NCBI GenBank assembly: GCA_030654965.1
Contig: JAURWL010000256.1
Coordinates: 1 to 60,323 of the forward strand
DNA from: Dehalococcoidales bacterium
GTDB taxonomy: Bacteria > Chloroflexota > Dehalococcoidia > Dehalococcoidales > Fen-1064
Reading direction: 5' to 3'
Length of the DNA: 60,323 nt
The stretch's first letter is position 1, and each line of letters opens with the position of its first letter. Positions 42,287-52,280 of this stretch are shown here, in pieces. The notes under the pieces were generated by a model, which ran no database searches, had not been told where the DNA came from, and worked only from the letters and a program-made list of their open reading frames with translations. The translations under genes and the position numbers were made by a program.

Positions 42287-43518
42287 AGCACCGTAGCGGT
42301 ATCTGGCTTCTCATTGCCATAACACTCCTTTTCTTTGGATTGCTCCTGCGACAGGGACCGCTAATACTGGTGGCGGCATCACTATTACTGGTCGAAATCC
42401 TGACTCAACTGTGGGAACGGTACGGACTGACCAGTGTAGTATACCGCCGACGACTCAGCGTTTCACGGGTTTTTTGCGGTGAAGAAGTCCAGCTGGAAGT
42501 CGAAGTGGCAAATGGGAAACTTTTACCGCTCCCCTGGATTGAAATCAAGGATGAAATACCGGAGAGCATCACCCTTCTCACTGGTAAGGCTTCTCCTTCA
42601 TCCAGCCCGGGACGAATGGAGATAACACAACTTTTCCCGTTAATGTGGTACGAAAAGGTAACGCGGCGTTACCGGGCTAGTTGCCTGCAAAGAGGCTTTT
42701 ACACATTTGGACCCGCGCGTATCGTTACCGGCGACCTGTTGGGGCTTGCCGCCTCCGAAACCAATTATTTCGAAGCAGACAACCTTATCGTCTACCCGAA
42801 AATTGTGCCTCTGGAGAACCTGGGCATTCCTTCCGCCCATCTCTCAGGTGAAGTGCTCACGAAAAAACGCGTTTTTGAAGACCCCATCCTTACAATGGGC
42901 ATACGCGATTATCAAAGCGGCGATAGCCTGAAGCGAATCCACTGGAAATCAAGCGCCCGCACCGGACAACTCCAGACAAAACTGTTCGAACCTTCCACTA
43001 CTATGGATATGGGAATCTTTCTGGATGTCAGGACAACTATGCCGCCGATGTTCGGGACAATACCTCATCTGACCGAACTGGGTATCATTGCCGCCGCATC
43101 TATGTGTTACCACGCGATGCTGGAAGGTTATCGGGTCGGTCTTTATGTCAACGAATGGCGATATCAGGCTAGAGAGGCTATCAGAATTCCGCCCAGCCAG
43201 CATACCGAGCAACTGCCACACATACTGGAAAACCTTGCTAAAATCGACCCTGCACCCAATGAGTGTATGCCGATGCCGACACTTGTCCTGCGTGAAGGTA
43301 CCAGTTTACCATGGGGAAGCACCGTGGTGGTCATCAGTGCTGTCCCTACAGAAGGTCTGCTCTCCTCCTTACACAAGGTCAGAAAAGCCGGGCGGATGGT
43401 AGCACTCGTCATTGTGGGCAGTGGGGAAATGCCATCGGGAAAAGACAGTTTGAATATCTACAGGATACCCGATGATGTATCATGGCAGAACTTAAAAGGG
43501 CTTTCCTTAAAGAAATAA
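42283..43518 (+). CDS. DUF58 domain protein
   Basis: IRDYQSGDSLKRIHWKSSAR, VYPK, follows MoxR. Confidence 0.88.
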   Translation: MKHRSGIWLLIAITLLFFGLLLRQGPLILVAASLLLVEILTQLWERYGLTSVVYRRRLSVSRVFCGEEVQLEVEVANGKLLPLPWIEIKDEIPESITLLTGKASPSSSPGRMEITQLFPLMWYEKVTRRYRASCLQRGFYTFGPARIVTGDLLGLAASETNYFEADNLIVYPKIVPLENLGIPSAHLSGEVLTKKRVFEDPILTMGIRDYQSGDSLKRIHWKSSARTGQLQTKLFEPSTTMDMGIFLDVRTTMPPMFGTIPHLTELGIIAAASMCYHAMLEGYRVGLYVNEWRYQAREAIRIPPSQHTEQLPHILENLAKIDPAPNECMPMPTLVLREGTSLPWGSTVVVISAVPTEGLLSSLHKVRKAGRMVALVIVGSGEMPSGKDSLNIYRIPDDVSWQNLKGLSLKK

Positions 43519-43538
43519 TGGAAGGCAGATAGGAACGA

Positions 43539-45065
43539 GTGCATAAGACGATTCCGGATAGGATAGCATTACTTCTCCTTCCTCTATCGGCGGTGCTCAT
43601 GGAGGTTTTCTGGAGCTATCCGTGGCTTATCTGGGCTGGGAAATGGGAAACATTACACTGGCAGAAACCACCTCTGAGTATATTCACCATCCTGTCTCTG
43701 GTCGGTATTTCATTCCTCGCTACCCGATTCCTGATTAACCGGTCGTGGTCATCCCGTGCCATAAAACTGACGATTGCTGGGCTCGGACTCCTCGCAGTCT
43801 TTATTGCAATACGAATTGAATACGGAAACGGAATGGAGCTTTTCTCCACGCGCTGGTTCGTCTACATCGGACGGATTATTCTTAACAGTTTTAGTAATTT
43901 AAACAGTATCGTTTTAGCATTTCCCGCCGCCGCCTATTTCTGGTGGCGGGGTATGCTGTTAGGACGCAGACGAGAGTACAACTACATCCGCTCAAATGTT
44001 GTATTTGGTGCCGGGTCATTTGTGATACTGGGGATGGTCTGGTGGGCAACGATGGGAACTGCCACTTTCAGCAACATGGCAAACGCTATCGGACCCTATG
44101 TGGCGGCATTCTTTTTTTTCGGGTTGACGGGCACAGCTTTCAATAATCTCAACAACGTACAGAAACGAATGCCGCCGGGAGAGACCCAACCCATATCCTA
44201 CGGTCGTTGGCTCCCAGTCATACTCGGTATGGTGGCTGTTATTGTAGCAGTCGGAGGCATCATCGCCACCGCGACGTCTTTAGACGTTGCCGGATACATC
44301 AAACGCTTTTTTAGTATGTTCTCCAGGTTCTTAGAAATAGTGCTCACCTGGTTGGCGATTCCCATGGAGTATATCTTTATGCCTTTTGAATGGATAGCCC
44401 GAAATTTAATTGAGTTACTGATGCGTTGGTTCGGTGGCAAACCGATTCAACCGCAGGGTGAAGAAGGTGCTGGCGAAGAACTAACTGAGATAGTCCCCGG
44501 CATAACTCCAGAAGAATGGCTAACGGTAATCAAGTGGGCGCTTTTCATCATCGTGGTTATTGTGGTTACTGTGCTCATTGCTCGGTCAATTGAGAAAAAT
44601 CGCCGCCGCAGAATCGAAAAGACTCCAGACTTTGAAGAAACACACGAGTCGCTCTGGAGCTGGCGTATGTTCTTCGCCAGCCTGATACTATTCTTTAAGA
44701 GGTTATTCGGGCATTTCCTGCCGAAAAAGATGGCCAAGGGACCAGCGTTATCAGGGGGTATGGTAATAAACCAAACAGAACCATCAGTCACTACCTTAAA
44801 AATCCGTGAGGTCTTTAAGCACCTGTTGCGGGATGCTTCAAAAGTGGGCATTGGTCGGCTACGTTCCGAAACCCCGCTTGAATATGCGCAACGCTTTATT
44901 AATGAAATCCCTGACGCTGATGCGCCGATGCACGAACTCACCGAGCTTTATGTGCGTGTACGCTATAGCGACTATGACGCAGGTGACACCCATATAGTTC
45001 GTGTGAATGGCCTCTGGCGGCAAATCAGAGAACTACTGAAAATACGGAAAACAGAACAGGATTGA
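43539..45065 (+). CDS. Membrane protein with C-terminal DUF4129-like domain
   Basis: Many TM segments, SETPLEYA...LTELYVRVRYS. Confidence 0.75.
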   Translation: MHKTIPDRIALLLLPLSAVLMEVFWSYPWLIWAGKWETLHWQKPPLSIFTILSLVGISFLATRFLINRSWSSRAIKLTIAGLGLLAVFIAIRIEYGNGMELFSTRWFVYIGRIILNSFSNLNSIVLAFPAAAYFWWRGMLLGRRREYNYIRSNVVFGAGSFVILGMVWWATMGTATFSNMANAIGPYVAAFFFFGLTGTAFNNLNNVQKRMPPGETQPISYGRWLPVILGMVAVIVAVGGIIATATSLDVAGYIKRFFSMFSRFLEIVLTWLAIPMEYIFMPFEWIARNLIELLMRWFGGKPIQPQGEEGAGEELTEIVPGITPEEWLTVIKWALFIIVVIVVTVLIARSIEKNRRRRIEKTPDFEETHESLWSWRMFFASLILFFKRLFGHFLPKKMAKGPALSGGMVINQTEPSVTTLKIREVFKHLLRDASKVGIGRLRSETPLEYAQRFINEIPDADAPMHELTELYVRVRYSDYDAGDTHIVRVNGLWRQIRELLKIRKTEQD

Positions 45066-45247
45066 CCTGAATAAATACTCAACTTTTACCCACTTGAAAC
45101 TACACAACTAATGGGGAAAACGGTAAGTCATCATCGGGGGGTAGTTTACAATATATTTATCTTGACAAGTCGTCTTGTGAAGTAGATAATGTGGGCGTTA
45201 TTGCACCTGTTAAGCAAAAGCAATCATAAGACATGGAGGAGTAAGCT

Positions 45248-46807
45248 ATGAACGAAAATATCGTCGAAACAACTGCGGGTCAAGTTTGTGGTTACCTGGA
45301 ACGAGAAGTTTATGCATTCAAAGGCGTCCCATATGGCGCGCCGACTGGTGGCAACCAACGTTTTTTACCACCAAAACCGGTTGCACCGTGGGCGGGGATA
45401 AGATACGCGGGCGAATATGGACCCATCTGCCCGCAAACAGGGTCATTGGTTGATGAATCAAGACCTTTCTCAATCGCCCGTACGGAGGGACACACCAGAC
45501 TCCTGCCACAGAGTGAGAATTGTTTGGTACTGAATGTCTGGACGCCGGCCGTAGGCGATGGTGGAAAACGTCCGGTTCTGGTATGGCTACACGGTCGTGG
45601 TTTTACGGCGGGAGCGGGCTCAGAAACCCAGTATATCGGCGCCGCACTGGCAAAACGAGGTAATACAGTCGTGGTGACAATTAATCACAGACTCAATATA
45701 TTCGGTCATCTATATCTGGCGGATATTGCAGGTAAAGAATATGCTGCTTCGGGTATAACCGGCTCACTGGATATGATACTGGCACTGCAGTGGGTACATG
45801 ATAACATCGACGCATTTGGCGGGGATAAAAGCCGGGTGACCATTTTCGGTGAATCAGGCGGTGGCTGCAAGGTCTGCACAATGCTGGCTATGCCTGCGGC
45901 GAAAGGTTTGTTCCACCGCGCTGTTATTCAGAGCGGTTCAATGGGAACCTGGGCTGTAGAACCCAAGTCAGCCACAGCCATAGCAGAACGTCTATTGGCA
46001 GAGTTAGGTATCAAAACCAATCAGATTGATAAACTCCAGCAATTACCAGCTCAGCAATTGTTGGATGCTTTGAGTGCCATCACTTCAAGGAGGTCCAGTC
46101 TGGGTTTGGGCGCCCCGGGTGGTGTCGCCATGCAGTTAGCCCCGGTTGTAGATGGTCACTACTTGCCTCAGCATCCCTTCGACCCGGTAGCGGCGCCATC
46201 AGGAGCGGATGTGCCGTTGATAGTCGGTTGCAACCGGGATGAAAATGCCACTTTTATGGCGGCTGACCCACGGCGTCGCCGACTTGGAGAGGCAGAATTA
46301 CACGAGCGCCTGCTACCTGCACTCGGCGCGAAAACGGATGAAATAATAAATGTGTATAAAAGCACCAGACCTGACGCCACTCCCTGGGACATTTTTATCG
46401 GGATTACCAGTGAGCGGGAACGGCGCACGGTAATACAGCTTGCAGAACGGAAAGCGGCTGGTGGGCGCGCTCCGGTGTTTGTGTATTTATTCACCTATCA
46501 GTCCAATTTCCTCGGTGGTCTTTTCAAGGCAGGTCACGGTCTCGAAATCCCATTTGTGTTCGATATTACCGACGATGTGCCCTGGACCGGCGACCGACCG
46601 GACAGGTACGAGTTATCTTCGGCGATGAGTCAAGCATGGGCAGCATTCGCACGCATTGGTGACCCCAGTCACCCGGGGATTCCTAAATGGGAACCTTTTA
46701 CTGCCAATTACCGTGCGACGATGCTTTTCGACGTTCCTTCGAAGCTGGTGGTTGACCCATTCCGCAAAGAGCTGGATGCCTGGAAAGGCATACCGATTCG
46801 GAGTTAA
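45248..46807 (+). CDS. Type B carboxylesterase
   Basis: FKGVPYG, SENCLVLNVW, FGESGG nucleophile motif, NRDE, AGHGLE. Confidence 0.92.
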   Translation: MNENIVETTAGQVCGYLEREVYAFKGVPYGAPTGGNQRFLPPKPVAPWAGIRYAGEYGPICPQTGSLVDESRPFSIARTEGHTRLLPQSENCLVLNVWTPAVGDGGKRPVLVWLHGRGFTAGAGSETQYIGAALAKRGNTVVVTINHRLNIFGHLYLADIAGKEYAASGITGSLDMILALQWVHDNIDAFGGDKSRVTIFGESGGGCKVCTMLAMPAAKGLFHRAVIQSGSMGTWAVEPKSATAIAERLLAELGIKTNQIDKLQQLPAQQLLDALSAITSRRSSLGLGAPGGVAMQLAPVVDGHYLPQHPFDPVAAPSGADVPLIVGCNRDENATFMAADPRRRRLGEAELHERLLPALGAKTDEIINVYKSTRPDATPWDIFIGITSERERRTVIQLAERKAAGGRAPVFVYLFTYQSNFLGGLFKAGHGLEIPFVFDITDDVPWTGDRPDRYELSSAMSQAWAAFARIGDPSHPGIPKWEPFTANYRATMLFDVPSKLVVDPFRKELDAWKGIPIRS

Positions 46808-46883
46808 TGTTTTGCCAGTACCAGCAAAATAAACTGTAATAATTACCGGACTGAAAGAAAAAATTATATAGAGAGGATAAAGA

Positions 46884-48440
46884 ATGAAAGAGATTATTGT
46901 CGAGACTACTGCGGGGAATATTTGTGGCGTAGAAGAACGGAATGTTCTGGCATTCAAAGGCGTCCCATATGGCGCGCCGACTGGTGGCAACCAACGTTTT
47001 TTACCACCAAAACCGGTTGCACCGTGGGCAGGTGTGCGTTATGCTGGCGACTTTGGTCCAATCTGTCCGCAGACAGGGCACCTGGTTGACGAATCACGGC
47101 TTTACTCATACGTGCGTACAGAAGGGCATATCAGATTCTTACCCCAGAGTGAAAACTGCCTGGTGCTGAATGTCTGGACGCCGGCTGTGGGCGATGGCGG
47201 CAAGCGCCCGGTGTTTGTCTGGCTTCACGGTCGCGGTTTTGCCCAGGGCGCCGGTTCGGAGACCCAGTATCACGGCGCCAGGCTTGCCAAACGCGGTAAC
47301 GCAGTCGTAATTACCATCAATCACCGGTTGAATGTTTTTGGCTTCCTGCATCTGACGGATATTGCCGGTGAGGCGTTTGCCGGTTCCGGCATGGCAGGTA
47401 TGCTGGATGCCGTGCTGGCTCTTCAGTGGGTACACGATAATATCGAGGCATTTGGTGGGGATAAAAACCGCGTGACCATCTTCGGAGAATCCGGCGGCGG
47501 CGCGAAAGTCAGTACGTTGCTCGCCACACCTTCGGCAAAAGGACTATTTCACAGAGCGGCGATTCAGAGCGGCGCGGGATTGCGTGGTGTAGAACCAAAA
47601 GAAGGCTCGGATACAGCCGAGCGCCTTTTAGCCGTGCTGGGTATTAAAAAGAACGAAATCAATAAACTTCAGCAGTTACCGGCGCAAGAACTGCTTGATG
47701 CCCTAAACAAAATACCGGGGCGACCTGTTACACCCGGCAGCGGCTTACCAACAGGCGCTATTATGCGGTTTACCCCGGTGGTAGATGGTAAATATCTGCC
47801 CACTCATATGTTCGACCCCGTAGCCGCACCGCCAGGATTGGATGTTCCAGTTATCGTCGGCACCAACCGGGACGAATCGGCGACTTTCCTTGCCAATGAC
47901 CCGAAACGCCGCAGACTTTCGGAGACAGAACTGCGCCAGCGATTGATACCCTTGTGCGGCGATAGGGTAGACAGCATAATTAGTGTATACAAAAAATCAA
48001 GACCGGAAGCTACTCCATGGGACCTGTTAATCGGCATCCAGAGTGAAGGAATGAGGCGGTCAGCTGTCACTCTCGCGGAGCGTAAGGCGGCGGCTGGTGG
48101 TGCCCCGGTCTATATGTATTTAGTCACCTATCAGTCTGATTTCCTCGGCGGATTGTTCAAAGCAGGACACGGCATCGAGATAGCTTATATATTCGATGTT
48201 GCCGATGATGTGCCTTACGTTGGCAACCGCCCCGATAAAAACGAGTTTGCCGCGGCGATGAGCGAGGCATGGCTGGCTTTTGGGCGTACCGGTAATCCGA
48301 GTCATCCAAGGATCCCGAAATGGGAACCCTACGATGTAAAAAAACGTGCCACCATGCTCTTCGATGTTCCATCCCGACTGGTAAACGACCCATTCCGCGT
48401 GGAGCTTGATGCCTGGAAAGGTATGGAGATACGCCGTTAA
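46884..48440 (+). CDS. Type B carboxylesterase (tandem paralog)
   Basis: Same motifs, colinear with 45248..46807. Confidence 0.92.
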   Translation: MKEIIVETTAGNICGVEERNVLAFKGVPYGAPTGGNQRFLPPKPVAPWAGVRYAGDFGPICPQTGHLVDESRLYSYVRTEGHIRFLPQSENCLVLNVWTPAVGDGGKRPVFVWLHGRGFAQGAGSETQYHGARLAKRGNAVVITINHRLNVFGFLHLTDIAGEAFAGSGMAGMLDAVLALQWVHDNIEAFGGDKNRVTIFGESGGGAKVSTLLATPSAKGLFHRAAIQSGAGLRGVEPKEGSDTAERLLAVLGIKKNEINKLQQLPAQELLDALNKIPGRPVTPGSGLPTGAIMRFTPVVDGKYLPTHMFDPVAAPPGLDVPVIVGTNRDESATFLANDPKRRRLSETELRQRLIPLCGDRVDSIISVYKKSRPEATPWDLLIGIQSEGMRRSAVTLAERKAAAGGAPVYMYLVTYQSDFLGGLFKAGHGIEIAYIFDVADDVPYVGNRPDKNEFAAAMSEAWLAFGRTGNPSHPRIPKWEPYDVKKRATMLFDVPSRLVNDPFRVELDAWKGMEIRR

Positions 48441-48545
48441 TCGGCACTACACCGATAAGCGATAGAAAGGAGAATGGTAGATGTATCCCTGCTAACAAGT
48501 GGTTGCGTTGTTCCGGCGTAAAATATTTGGACTAAAAGGAGACTC

Positions 48546-49616
48546 ATGGCCAATATTGAACCTATTTACCGGGAGATAGCCAGCAAGATAACCAAGGAGG
48601 AAAATAAGGCACTCCCCAGAGTGTTGAAAAGGATTGCCAGTCTGGAGCAAGCCAAAATTCTGTGCGAACTACCCAATACCGTTGAAGCAATTGCTAAAAA
48701 ACTGGCAGTCGATAAAAACACTTTAAGTAACAACCTGCAAGTACTGTATGAGCGGGGTCTGGTTACGCCCGGCCGGAAGGGCTGGAACCTGGTGAACAAC
48801 CTGGTTCTAGTGAAAGACCTCGTCGGTTCAGCCAATCCCAAGTATGATGACAATGAGCTTTTCGACTTGCTTCGGGAGATGAGTCTTGAGAACTCAGATA
48901 ATCTAGCAGAACGCCTGAAAAGCAGGGAAAAGATGGCACCCGTAAGACAGGGAATGAGAGTTGTACCTAAATGGAGGTCCATCAAGGATATTCCGGGTAT
49001 TTTGCCCATTGAAGACATGCGCGAGATATTTAAAGCCAATCCTCCGATAGTCGTACATAATTGTCCCTGTCGGGTGGTATACAGAGACAGACCCTGTAAG
49101 GATACCGTTCTGATCGATATATGCTTGGCTGCTGGCAGCACTGGTCGGAGTTTTCTGAGGCGCGGTGCCGGGAGAGAACTGACCTATGACGAATTGATAG
49201 CTTTTCTTGACAAGCTGGATGAGTTCCCGCTCGTCAGTACTACCGGAAACTCAAGCCGTATGCCTTCTATATTGTGCTCCTGTTGTAATGATTGCTGTGG
49301 TTTGTTTGTTAGAGCCGCTCGAACAAAACCGGTACTGGGACAGGTCCCATATGCCAAGAGCCGCTTTATAATCCAGGATAATCCGGAAGAGTGCACCGCC
49401 TGTGGTATTTGCACCGATAACAGGTGTCCGGTTGGTGCCATTACCATGAAGGATTTCCCCGAATTAGGTGGCAAACGTTCGTATACCGACGTTGAAGAGT
49501 GTATCGGTTGTGGTCTATGCGTGCTCACTTGCCCTAATGAGGCTCGTAAAATGAAGTTGGTGAGACCACCCGAGCATATTCCGGACCCTGCGTCCATTTT
49601 TGATAATATAACATAG
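48546..49616 (+). CDS. 4Fe-4S dicluster protein with N-terminal HTH-like region
   Basis: CPC, CSCCNDCC, CTACGIC...CP and CIGCGLCVLTCP. Confidence 0.85.
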   Translation: MANIEPIYREIASKITKEENKALPRVLKRIASLEQAKILCELPNTVEAIAKKLAVDKNTLSNNLQVLYERGLVTPGRKGWNLVNNLVLVKDLVGSANPKYDDNELFDLLREMSLENSDNLAERLKSREKMAPVRQGMRVVPKWRSIKDIPGILPIEDMREIFKANPPIVVHNCPCRVVYRDRPCKDTVLIDICLAAGSTGRSFLRRGAGRELTYDELIAFLDKLDEFPLVSTTGNSSRMPSILCSCCNDCCGLFVRAARTKPVLGQVPYAKSRFIIQDNPEECTACGICTDNRCPVGAITMKDFPELGGKRSYTDVEECIGCGLCVLTCPNEARKMKLVRPPEHIPDPASIFDNIT

Positions 49617-49682
49617 AGCAGCATGAATGGAATCGGGTGAGTGCAAAACCCACCCTTCCATTTACACTTGCAGTTTATGCCA

Positions 49683-50483
49683 TTACGTTCCGGTAAATTT
49701 CGGTGGGCGTTTCTGCAAAAATGAATCGCGCTGTTCCTGCATATCGTGAGGCGCTCGTCGTGCCATAATGAGGCCAAATGACTCATTCCTGAGCTGTTCC
49801 TCAAAATACGATTCCATACTCTGCTGGAGCACACGCCGCGCTACCTGCATAGCTACCGGTGGCAAGGTAGCGATTTGATTCGCCAGAGCTACTGCTTCAT
49901 CAATAAGTTTATCCGCCGGCACCAACCGGTCCAGCAGACCGATACGATAGGCTTCTTCAGCTTCTACAAACCGACTGGTGAAGATTAAGTCACAGGCACG
50001 ACTATAACCCACGATACGAGGTAGAAAGAACGACATACCGGTGTCAGTGCACAGACTTCGCTCCAGAAACACCACCTTGAAACGCGTATTGGGCGTGCCG
50101 ACCCTCATATCGCAAGCAAGCGCCACCGACATACCGGCACCTGCCGCGACCCCATTCACGGCGGCGATTATCGGTTTGTCCACTGTGCGGTAGATTGCCG
50201 TAGCCAGCCTGCCTACCCAACTATACACGTCTATCCGCTCCTGCCTGCTCTGTTCTACCACGCCTTCGGTACGACCACCACGCAAATCAGCCCCGGAACT
50301 GAATCCTCGCCCGGAACCCGTGAGCACTACCGCCCAGACGCTATCATCATTCCTTAATTCCTCACAAGTGCTAATGATGCTATCCTGAAGGTCACGGTTC
50401 AATGCATTCAAGTTACTCGGTCTGTTCATGGTGAGCAATGCCACCTTTTCCCTCCGCTCTACCAGTAAAGACTTCTCCGTCAT
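49683..50483 (-). CDS. Enoyl-CoA hydratase/isomerase family
   Basis: NRP..LNAL, FSSGADL, KPIIAAVNGVAAGAG, ALACDMR. Confidence 0.92.
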   Translation of the reverse strand: MTEKSLLVERREKVALLTMNRPSNLNALNRDLQDSIISTCEELRNDDSVWAVVLTGSGRGFSSGADLRGGRTEGVVEQSRQERIDVYSWVGRLATAIYRTVDKPIIAAVNGVAAGAGMSVALACDMRVGTPNTRFKVVFLERSLCTDTGMSFFLPRIVGYSRACDLIFTSRFVEAEEAYRIGLLDRLVPADKLIDEAVALANQIATLPPVAMQVARRVLQQSMESYFEEQLRNESFGLIMARRAPHDMQEQRDSFLQKRPPKFTGT

Positions 50484-50801
50484 AGGTCACTCCTCGTCAT
50501 TATTTCGTCAAAGACTATCGTTAATACACAAGTATAACCTAGTAGAGCGGAATTTTAAAAGAATAACTTCTCAGTGTCAAACGGCAGAAGCGTTTATTGA
50601 CGAGCATAATCAAAACAGTACAAACGTCAGTAATATCGAATGCCGCACGCTCGTAGAATATCACAGATTAATAAAAGTCATAGTGGGAAAAGTCTGAATG
50701 TCTCACGCTCTGTAAGAAATAGAGGAAGGAGATTTATCGCAGGTAGCCGCTTTATCGATGTGCACGCATCATATGGCTGATTTCAATGTAGAGTGACATA
50801 T

Positions 50802-51206
50802 TTAGTTTTTTATTGATATGCCCCTCGATTTCAACACTTCTTTAACTATGGCTCTAAGCTCCTCTGGCGCAAATGGTTTTAGCAAGAACAATCGCCCCGT
50901 TTCTTTCAAAAAACTTTGGGTTTCTCCGCCAATCACATCTCCAGTAGTGAGAATCACCCCATTTACCAGCTCAGGATGTCTATCATTAATATATTGAAAT
51001 ATTTCCTTCCCATTTATCACTGGTGTCTTAATGTCAATCAGGCAAAGGTCATAATTGTTCCTATCTAACATTTCCTCGGCTGTCCGCCCATCTATGGCAA
51101 TGCTTACCTCTAACCCCTCACCCATAAGTACCCTGACACAGAGACTGCTTATTGATGGTTCATCCTCAACTACAAGAATCCTCTTTTTATCAGCAGAGTC
51201 TGTCAT
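50802..51206 (-). CDS. Single-domain response regulator (CheY-like receiver)
   Basis: ILVVEDE, DLCLIDIKTP (phospho-Asp), TTG, FLLKPF; ATG 51206 after AGAGGA. Confidence 0.88.
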   Translation of the reverse strand: MTDSADKKRILVVEDEPSISSLCVRVLMGEGLEVSIAIDGRTAEEMLDRNNYDLCLIDIKTPVINGKEIFQYINDRHPELVNGVILTTGDVIGGETQSFLKETGRLFLLKPFAPEELRAIVKEVLKSRGISIKN

Positions 51207-51364
51207 TATATTCCTCTTCTCCAATTTCCAACGGTAGATTTCCGCGATGAATGTAGCACCTTTAACAGGTTCGAAAAATATCACTCGAAGGGCTATCAAA
51301 TGACGCGTTTCTCAATTTCCTCAAAAAGTACTCTCCCGCTCCAACTATTTCAACTCAAGTCGTA

Positions 51365-52006
51365 TTATCTCTCGACTATTTGTCCAGTCATCGCTTTCTC
51401 TACTTGTGTTCTGCTCTTCTCTGCCGCGTTATCTGCAGAACCGGAAGATGAGGCAGGTTGGACAGCGCTATTCTTGCCAAAAACAACCTCCAGTAAGAAG
51501 ATAATAAAACCCATCCCTATCAAGACATCGCCTGCGCTGTAAACGCCACCCAGATGACTCGCCGGAATGATGTCTGTCAAGAACCACAGATTTGTCTGGT
51601 CGATGGGCAACAGAACTCCGCTGCCCTCAGGTAATACCATTCCAAATTGAGATGGACCAAGGAATGTCATGTCGGCTAGCTGTCTCGCTTCCGGTGACAC
51701 CGGCATTAGTCCGCTATTCGCCGCTATTGCGATAAAGTTGAGCAGAGTTCCCAGTGTCATTATACGTAGGCTCCGAAAATTAAAATTACGAGATAGCGCC
51801 CAGAGTAAGAGCACGTAAGATAAAATCATACAAGCTCTTTTAACATCCACGAGCGATTCCCGCGCGAAAATCGCAAACGGCAACCGGTGTATGAGAGCAC
51901 TCAGCAGGATAAGCCACCAGTATCTAACTCTTACTGCTGTAATGTTCGCAATCGACTTTGCGAATACTTTCCGGCAAACGGACAGTACCTTCTTTGTTGG
52001 TTGCAT
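51365..52006 (-). CDS. DUF5317-like membrane protein
   Basis: LNFIAIAANSGLMPV, LWFLTDII and YSAGDVLI motifs; several TM segments; start position uncertain. Confidence 0.75.
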   Translation of the reverse strand: MQPTKKVLSVCRKVFAKSIANITAVRVRYWWLILLSALIHRLPFAIFARESLVDVKRACMILSYVLLLWALSRNFNFRSLRIMTLGTLLNFIAIAANSGLMPVSPEARQLADMTFLGPSQFGMVLPEGSGVLLPIDQTNLWFLTDIIPASHLGGVYSAGDVLIGMGFIIFLLEVVFGKNSAVQPASSSGSADNAAEKSRTQVEKAMTGQIVER

Positions 52007-52039
52007 TTCTACTTCTCTCTCATCAGGTAGTTGAAGAAA

Positions 52040-52093
52040 GACTGTAGCCCCGAGCATCAGACTATAGGAAAGAAATCGCTCGGGGTTTTAGTC
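52040..52093 (-). other. Intercistronic stem-loop (leaky terminator or stabiliser)
   Basis: CCCCGAGC/GCTCGGGG stem with outer GACT/AGTC pair, followed by TTTCTTC on the minus strand. Confidence 0.55.
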
Positions 52094-52106
52094 CTTCTCT
52101 GACAGG

Positions 52107-52226
52107 TTATGGGTTGAAGGCGGCCGGCGCTCCTCCGGCTACAGCTATGGCGACTGCGATAGCCACAAGTAACAAGATTTTCACCAATGGCAAATACCGA
52201 GACAGAGTAACAAATTGTTTTCGCAT
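52107..52226 (-). CDS. 39-aa signal-peptide-like small protein, putative signalling precursor (absent from the ORF track)
   Basis: MRKQFVTLSRYLPLVKILLLVAIAVAIAVAGGAPAAFNP*; purine-rich SD region TAAGGAAAGGAAAGGGG; own promoter elements upstream. Confidence 0.75.
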   Translation of the reverse strand: MRKQFVTLSRYLPLVKILLLVAIAVAIAVAGGAPAAFNP

Positions 52227-52280
52227 GTTGAAACCCCTTTCCTTTCCTTATTTAGAACATAAAAATATTCTATTGTTCTA

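Noticed and set aside
48546-49616. Fe-S protein as a reductive dehalogenase
   Set aside because: No Tat signal, no adjacent rdhB-like anchor gene, and too short.
52107-52226. Peptide as a double-glycine bacteriocin or AgrD precursor
   Set aside because: Leader is a hydrophobic TM-type rather than ELSxxEL-type, there is no C39 transporter or AgrB in the window, and the tail lacks Cys/Ser for (thio)lactone formation.
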